A DNA stretch of 64,000 nt from Psilocybe cubensis (Eukaryota): the NCBI GenBank assembly GCA_017499595.2, contig CM039005.1, positions 2,542,001 to 2,606,000 on the forward strand, written 5' to 3'. The notes under the pieces were generated by a model. It did not search any database and was not told the origin of the DNA. It worked only from the letters and a program-made list of their open reading frames with translations. Numbering within the stretch: position 1 is the stretch's first letter; every line of letters begins with the position of its first letter. The position numbers and the translations under genes were made by a program. Positions 48,801 to 61,416 of this stretch are shown here, one piece after another.

Positions 48801-51800
48801 CTTTTCCTTCAGCGTATGTTGAACAGCAGAAGTGTCATCGCGTTTCCGCTTCCCAGTAACACCCGCACCCGCACCACCCGCACCAGCACCCCCCTTCCTC
48901 GCACCCCCCGCACCCATCCCCCTCCCCTTCCTCGCACGCGCACGATCCCGAGCAGCAACAAACGCCTCCCGATCCAACACCCGCCTCAACGCGCGCTGAT
49001 ACGTTCTCATCCCGCCCACAATCTCTCCGATCTCCTGCATCGCTCTGCATTGCTTTCGCGCGTCTGTTCCACCACCTGCACAACCAGAATCCCCACCACG
49101 CACACCAGAACCCCCACCAGGCTCCGCACACACACCAGCATCCCCACCACCAGCATCCCCACCATGCACACCAGTATCCGCACCCGCAGCAGAATCTAAA
49201 TCCCCCCCCTCCAAATCAACAACAAACTCCCCAACACCCCTCCCCACCACCTCCTCCCCGCTCCATCCCAACACATCCGCAAGACCCATACCCACCGTCA
49301 AAAACGCAGCCGTACACGCAGACGAGCCAGATAAAAGACCCCATATTTCTTGGTGTGCGTAGCGCTGCTGTTTTTCGGGGTGCGGGTGGGAGTGGGTTGG
49401 GTGGAGAGTGTGTGCGTTGCCTTTCGTGCTGTCTTCACTTTGCTCTTCACCCTCCACATCCGTCTCCTTATCCATCTCCATGCCCTTCCGCCCCTCCATA
49501 TCCCCCTCTTCTCCCCCTCCCCCTTTCTCTCCCGCACCCACACCACCACCCCCTCCCGCACCCCCTCCCGCACCACCCCCCCTCCCCCCAACCCAAACCC
49601 CCCGCGCAACCCCCCCAGCCCCCCCCACATCCTCCCACCTCAAAAGCATCCTCTCCCTCGCCCTCCCACTCAACACAATCGCCTTCCGCCCCTTCCCCGG
49701 CTCGACATGAAGACGCCCGCGACACTCGAGCCAGACGTATCGGCCCATTTTGGTGAGGGCGCGGAAGAGGAGGTCGACTGCGCGCGGGGAGGGGTGGGTG
49801 TGGGAGGAGGAGGTGGGCATGGAATGCGCGTGGGTATGTGCTGCTGAGGCTGCTGACGCTGACGCTGAGGATAACGCTGACGCTGAAGACAGATGCACAT
49901 CCCCCTCCCCCCCTCCCCCACCCCCATTCCCTCCCAAACCCCCTCCCCCAAAACCGCCCCCCGCCCCAGCCGCAACACCAACCGCACTGCTCTCCTTCAA
50001 CTCCCTCACAACAGGCACCACATCCGCCTCATACGCCACATCCAACACGCCCCTCCCAACCAGCTCCCGCGCATCATACCCAAGCACGCGCTTGACGGCG
50101 GGCGAGACGTAGAGGAAGGATCCTTTGAGGGAGACGACGTGGATGAAGTCGGGGGTTTGGGCGAGGAGGAGGAGGTGGAGGGGGTGGGAGTGGGAGTGGG
50201 AGTTGTTGGGTTGGGATTGGGATTGGGAGTTGTTGGGTTGGGTGGGTTGAGTTTGGGTGGTGGTGGTGGTATCGTCCACCGCCATCGAATAGCTGCGACT
50301 CCGACTCCGGCTCGCCCCCACCCCCGCTGGTGCACTCTGCATCGTACTCGCCACCGCCGCCGCCACCGACGAAGAGCCATCGACAGCAGCGAGCAGCGCA
50401 GGCTTGATAAACCCGGGTTTATCAAGCAACCTCTTCAAATGGCGCGACATATGCACCTGCCTCCCTTGTCCCTGTCCCTGTCCCTGTCCTGCTCCCGCTC
50501 CTCCTACAGCAGGCGCAACGCCAGATCCCAATGCACCCCCCGCTTTACGCGCGCCATTCCCACTCACATCCAACCCAGCAGACGAAAGAGGATGAGAGAG
50601 AGGAAGCGGAGGTGGCGGAGGAGGCGGAGGAGGCTCGTAATGGGTGGTATACGTCCCATCCCTCAATTTCTCCAGTATCGCCGTAGGCTGCTCCGTCAAA
50701 TCGACCTGAAATCCGACATGCCAAAGCGGTTCTCTCTCCTTCCCCTGTCCCTGTCCCTCAAGTTTAACAACACCCCCATCGTCAAAAACCGTAATAACCG
50801 TAACAAGATTCATAAACGCCTCCCCGCCCTTCTTATAATTGACCACACAAACCTGCACATCCTCGCCTTTCCCCACCGCCTTGCGCATCCGCTCAACAGC
50901 CTCCCCGCTCGTCCACTCCCTCTTCGCACCGCGCACCACCGCGGGGGCGCGGGGCGGCGGCGGCGCCTGCAAAAACCTACAATTCCTCCCGACAACCTCC
51001 CGCTCGCTATACCCCGTCAGCGCACAGAATGTAGGGGAGCAATAGACGATGGGCGCGTCGAAGCGGCGCGGGTCGACGACGACGAAGGAGCATGTGAGGT
51101 CGACGGGCCCGAGGTGGACGGTTGCGTTGGGCCGGCTGTGCACGCGGGAGAGGATGGAGAGGATGTCGTACCCTGAGACGGAGTACACGGGGAGGCCGTA
51201 CGGTGCGGTGGGGGTTGGGGAGAGGAGGGAGAGGTTGGCGGGGGATGGGAGGGGGAGGGGCAGGGGCAGGGGGAGGAGGGACGGGTTGAGGAGTGGTGGG
51301 ATTTGGAGCGAGAAATCGGGGGCGGGGGCGATGAAGGCGCTGTGTGCGGGATGCTGATGCTGTTGGTCGTCGGCGGCGGGATCGTCGTCGGCAAAGTCAA
51401 AGGGCGACGAGGACGAGTTGGCGACGACGGCGGCGGCGGCGGCGCTTTTGCCTTTGCCCATACTCAATCCCAAAATAGATCCATGCTCCACCTCCGCCGA
51501 TGAGATCAACGGCGTCGCTGACACCAACGACGACGAGGCCTGCTGCTGCTGCTGGCCCGAAAATCTGCACCACCCAATCCAATCCAATCCAATCCAATCC
51601 AAAAAACGAAAACGAAAAACGAACGACACCAAAAACAAATAAGAATAAAAATAAAGAGGGCGGAAATGAGAATCAGCACCCAAACACCCTCAAAAGCCTA
51701 AAAAAAGATCAAAACGCACCCTTCGCCTTCGCCGCCGCCACCAACAGCGCCGCCTTCGTCGTGCGCCGTACTCGCTCCCCCAAGTCCGAGTGCGAGTCCG

Positions 51801-52756
51801 CGTGGATGTCGATCAGCCTTATCGTCCAATCCCATAGCCTGCCCCATCCCCCCCGCCCCCTCCGCCAACCCCGCCCCCTCCGCCAACCCCGCCCCCTCCG
51901 TCAATCTCTCCCCCTCCCCCAACCCCAAAGACGACCCCACTGCCAAAGAAGACCCCTCCCCCTCCCCCGCCCCAACAAACCCATCCACAAAACTAAACCC
52001 GCCCGAAAACCCACTGTTCACGAACCACTCCGTGCTGGTGAGCGGGACGACCTCGGCGCCTCCGCCTGGGACGAGCGTGGGCGCGGATGTGTAGAGGTAT
52101 TGCGGGAGCTGGAGGCGCAGGGGTTGGGGTTGGGGTTGGGGTTGGGTGGGTTGGTGCGATTGGGGGTGCGGGTGGGTGTGCGGGTGCGGGTGCGGGGGGT
52201 GTGAGGGGTGTTGTTGGGGGTGGTGGTGGTGGTGGTGTGGGGGATGTTGTTGTGGATGTTGTGGGTGGTGCTGGTGTTGCAGCTCCTGCTGCTGTAGTTC
52301 AACCCGACTCTGCTCCTCGTCCATACTCTTCTGCACATGTATCCCCTGCTGTATCCCCTGTCCATACCCGTATCCATACCCGTACCCATATCCATGCAAA
52401 CCCCCCGTTCCATGGCTAGTAGTTGTAGTAGTAGAAGTAGCACCCGGCTGCCCATGACCATGTCGGCTATGATGAGACATCCCATACTCTACACCAGCGC
52501 CGACACCGTCAAGTTCGAGGTCCATATCCGTAGGATTAGGCACACCGCGCTCGTGCTCGTGCTGGGGCAGGTCAGACTTTCCGTAGTCGGGCACGAGGTC
52601 GATGTCGAGGTCGATCTCGGGGTGTTGTTGTTGTTGTTGATGTGGATGGTGTTGTTGTTGTTGGTGTGGGTGCTGTTGTCGCTCTTGTTGTGCGTGTTGG
52701 CGGTGGTGAGGAAGAGGAAACGGAAGAGGAAGAGCGTGATGGTGATGGTGGTCCAT
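45900..52756 (-). CDS. wc-1: White Collar-1 blue-light photoreceptor (LOV + PAS, basidiomycete type without GATA finger), about 2,233 aa
   Basis: LOV domain GYDILSILSRV...LGPVDLTCSF...GRNCRFLQ (signature at about 50967-50990). PAS domain PDFIHVVSLKGSFLYVSP...WLECRGRLHVEPGKGRKAI. C-terminal DMFAEL...TSWQYELQQLRFAN. Exons 52756-51720 and 51564-45900 join in frame through a GTGCGT..CAG intron (51719-51565); further in-frame introns cannot be excluded. Confidence 0.93.
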
Positions 52757-52799
52757 GAACAAGCACAAGCAAGCACGAGCACAACGACGTCAACCTAGG

Positions 52800-53839
52800 C
52801 GAACTAGGCCGGTTTCGGATTCGGTTTTTCATCACGCTTCGCTTCGCTCTTCGCTTACATCGCTTACTTTGACTTTGTTGCTTTCTTCTTTAGTTGATTA
52901 TTTGATTATTTGATTATTTACTTGCTTGATTATTTAGTTGCTTGAGTATTTGATTATTTGATTGCTTTCTTCTTTACCTACTTACTTACTTGCTTTGTTC
53001 ATTACTCAAATTGAAGTTACTTTCCGCCGCTCTTTACTTTACTTACCTTGCTTTGACTTACTTCCTTATCTACTTCTTTACTTATACTTATACTATAGCT
53101 TACCTCCCTCCCTCCCTCCTCCTTCCTCCCTCCTCCCTCCTTCCTTCCTTTCTTCCTTTCTTTCTTCCTTCCTTGCGTCGTTCCTTCCTCGCTTCGTTCC
53201 TCAGCCTCACTCATTCTCCATTCCTCATAACCTACAAATCACATCCACATCCAAATTCCAACCCTTTCCGAACCTTACGCACCTCCTTACCACACGATCA
53301 TCCCATATGCAGTACGACTACGTACTACGTACCCCCTTGCCCTCGCCGGCTTTTCCTATTTTCCCATTTTCCCCACTCCACCAACTAAATTGGACTCAAT
53401 TGTATCGAATCGAATCGAATTGAATTGACCGCGTTTTAATTGGCTTACCATACCTTATTTCATAGTACCTTATAAATAAAGCCATCCTGGACCTTACCTC
53501 ACCTCACTTCACCGCACCTCACCGCACCTTACTTCACCGCACCTCACATTACTTCGCCTTACTTCACCTCACCCGGCACCACCGCACTTTACCGCACCTC
53601 ACCTCACCTTACCTTATCGCACTTCACCGCACCTCACCGCGTCCCTGCACCTATTCCATAAAAAATAACAAATAACATAAACAATGCACTTCCACGACAC
53701 ACGACCCACACGGAACGGGTAACGGGTAACGGGTAACGGGGGACACGGCGCACGGGGAACGATCGTCATTCCGCCATTGTCATTGTCATTGTCATTGTCA
53801 AAGCCTCAAAGGTGCGACGTACGTAAAGTAGGTACATGT

Positions 53840-53875
<36 letters not shown>

Positions 53876-56150
53876 AAAGAAGTAGACCTAAGTACTTAGC
53901 CCACCAAAGCTCAAATGGCAAGTACGCCTACGCCGTTATCCCGTTCAATCAAGCCCCGTTCAATTACGCCAGTTGCCAGTCGTGTCGTCGAAATTTTACA
54001 TAAAGCTAACCCATTTCCGAGCCCAGATTCCGACTTTGACTTTGACTTTGACTTTGATTTCATCCCAATTTTATCTCAATCCCACCAATTGTATCCCATT
54101 TCATTTCATCCAATTCATTTCATCATTCATTCATTCATTCATTCATTCACTCAAATATAGTACCCCCACGCGTTCACGAACTTGAATCCGAACGTGAACC
54201 TGAACGTGATAATCATAATCATAACCATAATCATATTTATAAAGCGAGCAGATGTAAATAGATATAAGTAGACAGATATATGTACAGGTACACAACCATT
54301 TATATAAAGACCCACGACAACGACGACAACGACGACCTTCGATTCTGAAAGATGAGCAAAGCGAGGTACTTGCTAGTATCACTATCAATATTAGCAGCAC
54401 CTCTCCCACTCGGAGTCTTCGCTTTGCCATTCATTCGTTCTTCAGCCTCTTCAGCCTCTTCAGCCAGCCAGCCAGCCAACCAGTCAGTCAGTCAGTCAGT
54501 CAGTCAGTCATTGCATCCAGATTCCAGACTCCAGACTCGGAACTCCAGATTCCAGACTCCAGACTCTCGACTTCAGACTCCAGACGGGAACGCTCATCTC
54601 TCCAAAGCGACAAAGTCCAAGCTCCAATAGCAAAATCAAAGCAAAATGAAAGGCAAAAAAAAAAAAAATCGACAGGAAATCAAAGGTAAAAAAAATCAAC
54701 AAAAAAATCAAAGGTAAAAATCAACAGGAAATCAAAGCTAAACTTGAAAATCGACGGGAAATCAGCGGAAAATCAACGAAAAATCAACGAAAAATCAGTG
54801 AAAAAAATCAGCGTAAAATCAATGAAAAATTGAGTTTAAAAAAATCAACGGGAAATCAATTATCAAAGAAATTTACGAAAAATCACGAAAAATCAACGGG
54901 GAGTCAGAGCCACCGTAACTGTAAGTCGCGACACAGGTACAGGTACAGGAACATTCTCTACAAGCACGCGACATACACCCATATGCATTATCCATTGTAT
55001 TATCCACCGTGTCATCCAATCAGTCTAAGAAACATCACTAAATAAAACACCACTGAATATTGAATATTAAATATTGAATAATGACAGGAATACACCAAAA
55101 ATAACATAACATAAAGCTAAAGTCAAAGTTCAAGTCAAAGTCCACTCCCATCTCCGCCTCCACCTCCATGCCCGTCTCGTCTCCGTCTCGCCCCCGTCCC
55201 ATCCCATCCCATCCCATCCCTGATCACGTACCAACACCAACACCCTGTCCCTGTACATCTCAACGGCGAACTCCCGCCGAACGTAAACCGATATCGTATG
55301 ACGTAGATATATATTCATGTCAACGCCCACTTACACGTCCAACAAACTCAAATCCCACCGCAAATCCCACCGAAAATCCTAGCGAAATCAGTATCAGTAT
55401 CAATATCAACATCTATCCATCGCATGTAAGTACCTGTAAGTCTGTAACAGCGTCACATATTTTAAATACCTGCGCCGATCGCCACTGGCAAACGAATTTA
55501 CAAAAGTGGCCAAATTCCGACTTTACGAAATTGCGACTTCACGAGTTCACGAATTTGCGAGTTCAGCGGTTTACGAATTTACGAAACTCCGAATTCACGA
55601 ATTTGAGTTCAATTCACGAGTTCACGAATTTACAAAAGTGACGAGGTTCACGAAACTCCGAATTTATGAGCTCACGAGTTCACTAAATTACGAAAGTGAC
55701 AATTTCACGAAATCCCGCACGAGCTCACGAAATTCAAACCAATTTACGAGCTCACGAAATTCAACCCATTCACGAAACTCCGAAATTCACGAGTTCACGA
55801 AACTGAGAACTCTGAATTTCGCGAATTTCCGAGTTTACGAATCTACGAACTCCGAATGACGGCACGAATTAACGAAAGCAAGAATGAACGAACAAGCTTG
55901 AATACACGAAAACACGAACGGCACGAACAGACGGTGATCATGATCAACGACCACCGAAATCTAACACTAGATCAGACATGAACAACGAACAACGAATATT
56001 GATATTAATAACGAATTATTCAAAAATAAGATCGACCCCACCGAACTCGAAGTCTCGAATTCAACCATAGAAATCGAAATAGAAACGGAAATCGAAACCA
56101 ACTCAACCTCCCGAAAATATAAAAAATCCACCCACCCATCATACCATCAT
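52800..56150. repeat. Low-complexity upstream region of wc-1: (TGATTATT)n, (CCTT)n, (CACCT/CACCG)n, (GAAA)n, (CATT)n, (CAGT)n, (CTCCAGA)n, aaaatcaac-like and ttcacgaa-like degenerate arrays
   Basis: Directly visible, e.g. GAAA run at 53840-53878 and cacgaa array at 55490-55860. Confidence 0.85.
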
Positions 56151-56926
56151 ACCACCCACTCACCCGTGCGCCACACCACCATCCACGCGGAACGAAGAAT
56201 CAAACGACGAAGGACGATCAACGAAGCATGAGGAACGAAGAAATCATTAATCACTCCCCGCACACCCGCACCTTCGAACAACCACACAACCTTCACAACA
56301 TACCTTATCACAGCCTATCACAGCCTATCATATCTTATCCCACCCGTCGTGCCCAGCCCCTTCGAGCCTATCTTCAATGCACCGGACCAACATCCAAACC
56401 CGCACACCATTTCCACCACACCATACACATACAAAATCTCATCCACACCCGCACCCACACATTGCCCATCACAAACAAATCCCTCCTCTCTCCACACCTC
56501 GAAAAGCACAAGAATACAACTAACCACCAATATAAAAAAACCCTCAAGCCCAAGCTCAAGCTCAGGCCCGCCAATAATATCCCATAAATCACATCACAAC
56601 AAGTAAAACGCATTGAACACATCGAATGCAATCAAACCACCCTCGATGCGGCGACCTTTGCTAAATTTACCACATTACCACACTGGCACCAGATCGAACA
56701 GAGGTCTAAACTCTCTCTCACGAAAATCCCGCACGTACGTACGTACGTACGAATTCTCAAAGAAGCAAAGATAGAAGGAAGGGCCAGTGTAAAATTATCA
56801 TCATCATCATGTGCACCCTTCATTCAATACACAATACAATCAATCAAAAGCCCGGCCTAGTGATACTCGGAAAATGAAAGGCGCGTGGACATGCGACGCC
56901 CCCCAAAGTCAAAGTCAAAATCAAAC

Positions 56927-57761
56927 TCAAGCACGGAGTTGATTGCGCAAGTTCTCCTCCAAGGGGCCCTTGGGGCGAATGAACTGCACGTAAGCACCAT
57001 CCCTACAATGACATCAGCCATCATACCCCGAAAAAAAAATGAGAAAAAAACGCACTGCAACACCCTCTTCTCCTCCTTGAGCTTAAGGTAGTCAACCTTG
57101 TCAACGTTGGTGAATCCCCACTTCTTCGAGACGATGATCTTCTGCCTTCCAGGGAACTTGTAGCGGGCACGGCGGAGAGCCTCCATCACGACAGCGGCGT
57201 TCGAGTCCTTTGTGCGGATCGACAGGATAACCTGTCCAATGTTGACACGGGCGACAGTGCCATAAGGCTTACCCCAAGCACCACGCATACCAGTCTGAAG
57301 CCTGTTGCCCCACCAACATTCAAAATCCCATGCGAATGTCTGTGTTATAAATAGCCAACGCACCTATCAGCTCCGGCGCAGGACAACATCTTGTTGATGC
57401 GGATGACGTGGAAAGGGTGGGGGCGGACGCGGAGATGGAACGAGTCCTTGCCAGAGGTCTTGGTCACATACTTGTTGGCGCAGATACGGGCCGCCTCGAG
57501 AGCCTCAGACGACAGCTGCTCGTACTCGTTGGACACCAGGTGGCAGCAGAAGGGGAACTCGTCGACGTTGGCACGCTTGCGGCCGAGATCGAAGATCCTG
57601 ATCTAAGAAGTGAAAAAAATGCAGAATGTGAGGATTGTGTTGGAGATACGGATGGATGGAGGGAGACGCACTTTGGGGTCAGGCACACCACGGTTGTACC
57701 TCGACTTGGGGTACGGCTTGTTCTTGCAGTAGCGGTAGCAGCGAGCGGGACGGCGACCCAT
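56927..57761 (-). CDS. rpl10: 60S ribosomal protein L10 (uL16), 216 aa, 4 coding exons
   Basis: [28 protein letters not shown]...[28 protein letters not shown]. Exons 57761-57672, 57602-57364, 57301-57056 and 57002-56927 total 651 nt. A probable 5'UTR intron lies at about 57768-58051. Confidence 0.98.
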
Positions 57762-59485
57762 TTTTTCTATGTCGAAAAAGAATAATCAGCATCCCATCCA
57801 GGAATCCGAGCATGACCCAGCGCAGCCCAATCTAAACGTATCGCATCGCATCGCTTCCAACGCTCATCCAAGGCCTTCAGAGCACCTTCCCATCCCATCC
57901 CTCCGAAACGTCATCCAACTTCTCGATCTCCAATCCATCCCTTCCCACCCTCCAAGTCCCGAAAATCCACCCAAAACGCATGCATCCAGTGTCCACCTTT
58001 CCATCCATCCCTCGAAAGCGCTATCCCAGGGCGAAAAAACGGCATACTCACATCCTAGACGTTGAGGGGGGGCGGTTAGTTAGACGTGGGGGACCCGTTG
58101 CACGGTGACCAAGCGCTTTTTGTATTTATTTGGCTGCGGCCTTAGTAAGACTCCGCGAAGAGGATGAGTAAGGTGTGTTACGTAAGTGGATGACGCAATT
58201 GAATAGCGTGGACTTATAAATTCACAGCGGTGCCGTGCTATGGCTGTTGACTCGATGCTGTTGCTTTGCTTTGTCAAGGATGTAGTTGCCGTCGAAACCC
58301 GACTCTGAGTCTGTCTATTCTCTGGCAATTTCTTCCACCTTCTTACTTCTTAACCTCCTCCGTTCTCTGGCGACATTTTCAAGGCCGACCCTCTCGTCGT
58401 CTTATCTCAGGGTGCTCATAAAATACCTATTTGCAACTCTCTCTCTGTGCTACCATTGTCTTCTCTTGCTCGTCTGCGCCCCATTCTCACACATTTCAAT
58501 TGCCCACCACGCCCCCATCTCTAGCCTCATTGAATGCCCGCCGTCAGTAGTGCATCACGCTACGAACCGCTCCGGTCCCCTGCCACGTATACACAGGGGT
58601 TCCATGGTCGTGGCTCCAGGAATTCCTACATTTGTCGCGCGGGCTGAGTCAACATTGGCAATAGGGGGGTGTACAAGTGATACTATAACCTCGAATCCAC
58701 ACACCATCTACACATACGTACACGCTCTGTCTTTCTCTCTATCTCCACACAGAGACGACGCACAGGAATATGACTTGTATCTTTCCCCTATGAGGCCCTT
58801 TTAATGTGAATGTACAAGGGCCCCAACGGAAAGATCTATGCTTTCTATTAGCTTTCTGTGCGTCAGACTGTGGGATTAGAGTCCACAGTCTGCTCTTGTT
58901 CCTGCGAAGCTCTGCTCGATTTTGTTTGTATTCCTGACGGCATGGGATCGTACAAAATGTGATTCCGAATCGTTCCTCGCTTACTCTTTTCCGACTGCAA
59001 CTAGCACAATATTTTATCGTGATTCTTGTATATCCTTGACGTCTTCACTTACACCTGTAACTACTTTTTGATTTATTCGTGCACTGTGCAATATTCTCAA
59101 TTCATTCAATTCAACAGTCACGGAGAGCGGTATCAGTACCTAACACACCATTCCTCCCATGTTTTTTACTAATCCCAGCATTGATAGATTGCATTTTTGA
59201 AGCATGAGTGTCACAACGCCCCGTCGCCCCGCCCCATCTTTCGATTTTCCCGGAACATTGAGGACGCGTAGATGTTCCCTTCTTGTGCACTTTCGACTCG
59301 GTTTAAACCGCTCGCACACCAAGTTGCGTTAACCTGGAAGGTTTATTGCTTTTACCATCCCGAATCCATGTGTTGATGGTGTCAGGGGTACAGACCCTGC
59401 GTGCGTGGGAGTAGCCACGATCGTGTACTTTTAGAACAAATGAGTTTAGCTTCTATCGACATCGATTAAAGCAAACGCACAAATC

Positions 59486-60755
59486 ATGTCCCAAGAGCAG
59501 AAAACCCCAGACGAAGAAGCTTACCGGCCGGTCCATCTCCTGTCCGACAAATCTACTCGGTTAAAGCGAGATATATTCCTCTGGGAGGCCTCGGGATGTA
59601 TGAAAGGAGGTGTGTATTTTGTATCATTAACGTACTAACAAATATTCTCTCTCATTCTCATTACATGGTAGGCCTTAACCACAGAATAACTCCAGTCAGC
59701 GTACACACTCTGAATAGATGGGCCAAGATGATTGATGAAAAAGCGAGAAAATTCGGACTTGTTCCCTTAAAAGTACTCAAAACTCCAGGATGACCACTGT
59801 ACTACAGGAGACTATTCGACGGTCCCAAAATCCCATCCACATCAACGGATATACTTCCTGCGGGAGATTACCACCTTTCTCTGGAAGGTAAATTTGACAC
59901 TCTTATCGTCTTGTAGAATATGCTTCATAGCTATTTCACAGTTAATGGTTCACGCATATTCACACCTCCAGTGTACGGACAAACATTTCTGGCAGATAAA
60001 GAAGCCATACAAGGTCAGAATCCCACATTAAAACCAGAACTAGTAAAACAATTTGCTCATTTATTGCCTTGGGTGTGTACCTTGCCTTACATGTTGAATA
60101 TTGACGGTTAACACACGCCACCTACGCAGCTCAACATTCCCAATGAAGTAGAAAAGGCAGTCGCTGAACGCGATCAGGGCTACTGCATCATGTCTGGTGC
60201 ATGTGGCCAGGACAAAGTAGCAGTTACGTGGATCATTCCTCCTGCTTTCCTCCCCATAGTAAATTTATTCATAATGATATGTTATTCTTTTCTGAAAATT
60301 CTTTTGTCCGCTCAGGTGTCAGCGGTGCCTGGCACTGGATTCAAGCATTACGCCGACATTTGTATTCCGTCAAATGCCTTGACCATGCACAGGGATCTTG
60401 TTGATGATTTCTGGGATAATGCTTTTGGTGTCGACGTTGAAGTGAGTCGGTATTCATTCCCCCATTTACAGCCTACAATGAAACCTACATACCCTTCTGA
60501 ATCTTTAAAACACAGGACAACTATCGACTTGTTATATTTCGGGACCTCGGACAAGCCGGAAAGCTACTGGAAGGCATCACTACACCATTCTATCGAAGTC
60601 AAGGCCGTAGCGGGCCAGACGATATATTTTTTCGTATCCATTTCATTCAGTGCTTGCTAACACATTTCATTGGGGGAGATATCAAAGACCAGTACACGAA
60701 GGATGATATCAGAGAATGGCGTGACCGTATGGAGGACGAGGATGGGTCATTCTGA
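59486..60755 (+). pseudogene. Fungal HNH_2-like (degenerate HNH nuclease fold) gene, multi-exon, with an in-frame TGA at 59791
   Basis: AVAERDQGYCIMSG...AVTWIIPP, NALTMHRDLVDDFWDNAFGVDVE and DNYRLVIF...GPDDIFFRIHFIQCL resemble the fungal RDxxCxxSG..AHIxP..NG..L..D.H pattern, but the His positions are substituted. Confidence 0.55.
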
Positions 60756-61416
60756 CCCATCCTCTAGGCCGAGAAGTTTATGAGGTCATTGTATCTAGCG
60801 AGGACTATGAATTGTAGGTACACTCTTGTAATTGTGTCCTGACATTGCAAAATATTGTGCTTTTCGCCGCCTCCACAAGTCTGGCTGCACTATAGAAGCA
60901 CATCAAGGCCACTCTATCTGATGGTTTGCCGTCGTTTGCTGATCTGTGGACGTATATATAGTCAATCCAAACAGGTGATTTATCTCTAACCGTTGACGCT
61001 GATATGTACGAACCTACTAGATCCAATATACAAAATAAATTATTCTATAGATTAGCAAGAAGGAGCGAGTCCAGGCGAGTCATGAGCCTCAGCCTTTCTC
61101 GCTCCTGGAGAACATCAAGCTCAGAGTTAATGGAGTTGTATTCCATCTAAATCCAATCATTGTTCAAATCATTTACCCCAAAAGTGTTACTTTTTTTTTC
61201 TGTCGCCATCTACAAATTATGTTCAATTTATCGGAGTCATCGCGGAAGCAGATAGATCATTCCCTAATGTAGATTTCCTCTTCCTTCTTAAATTATCACA
61301 CCATCGCTCATCACATCATCAGTGTAATCAGATAAGTATATTTTGATGTTATGTATATATACTGCATGCCCAGCATGCTCCTTGCACTCCGAGCCTTCTT
61401 CCCATCGATTCCCCCA

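Noticed and set aside
45900-51683. ORF-track start MGADSHFRPLYF... as the WC-1 N-terminus
   Set aside because: 51565-51683 falls inside a GTGCGT..CAG intron that joins the upstream His/Gln-rich exon in frame.
45010-52835. Many long overlapping or antisense ORFs (e.g. 46589-48361, 49893-51176, 45664-46449)
   Set aside because: They are shadows of GC-rich, microsatellite-filled wc-1 sequence with no recognisable motifs.
58060-59400. Ribosomal-protein promoter motifs or ORF 58286-58804
   Set aside because: There is no exact known motif, and the ORF lacks an ATG start and any recognisable similarity.
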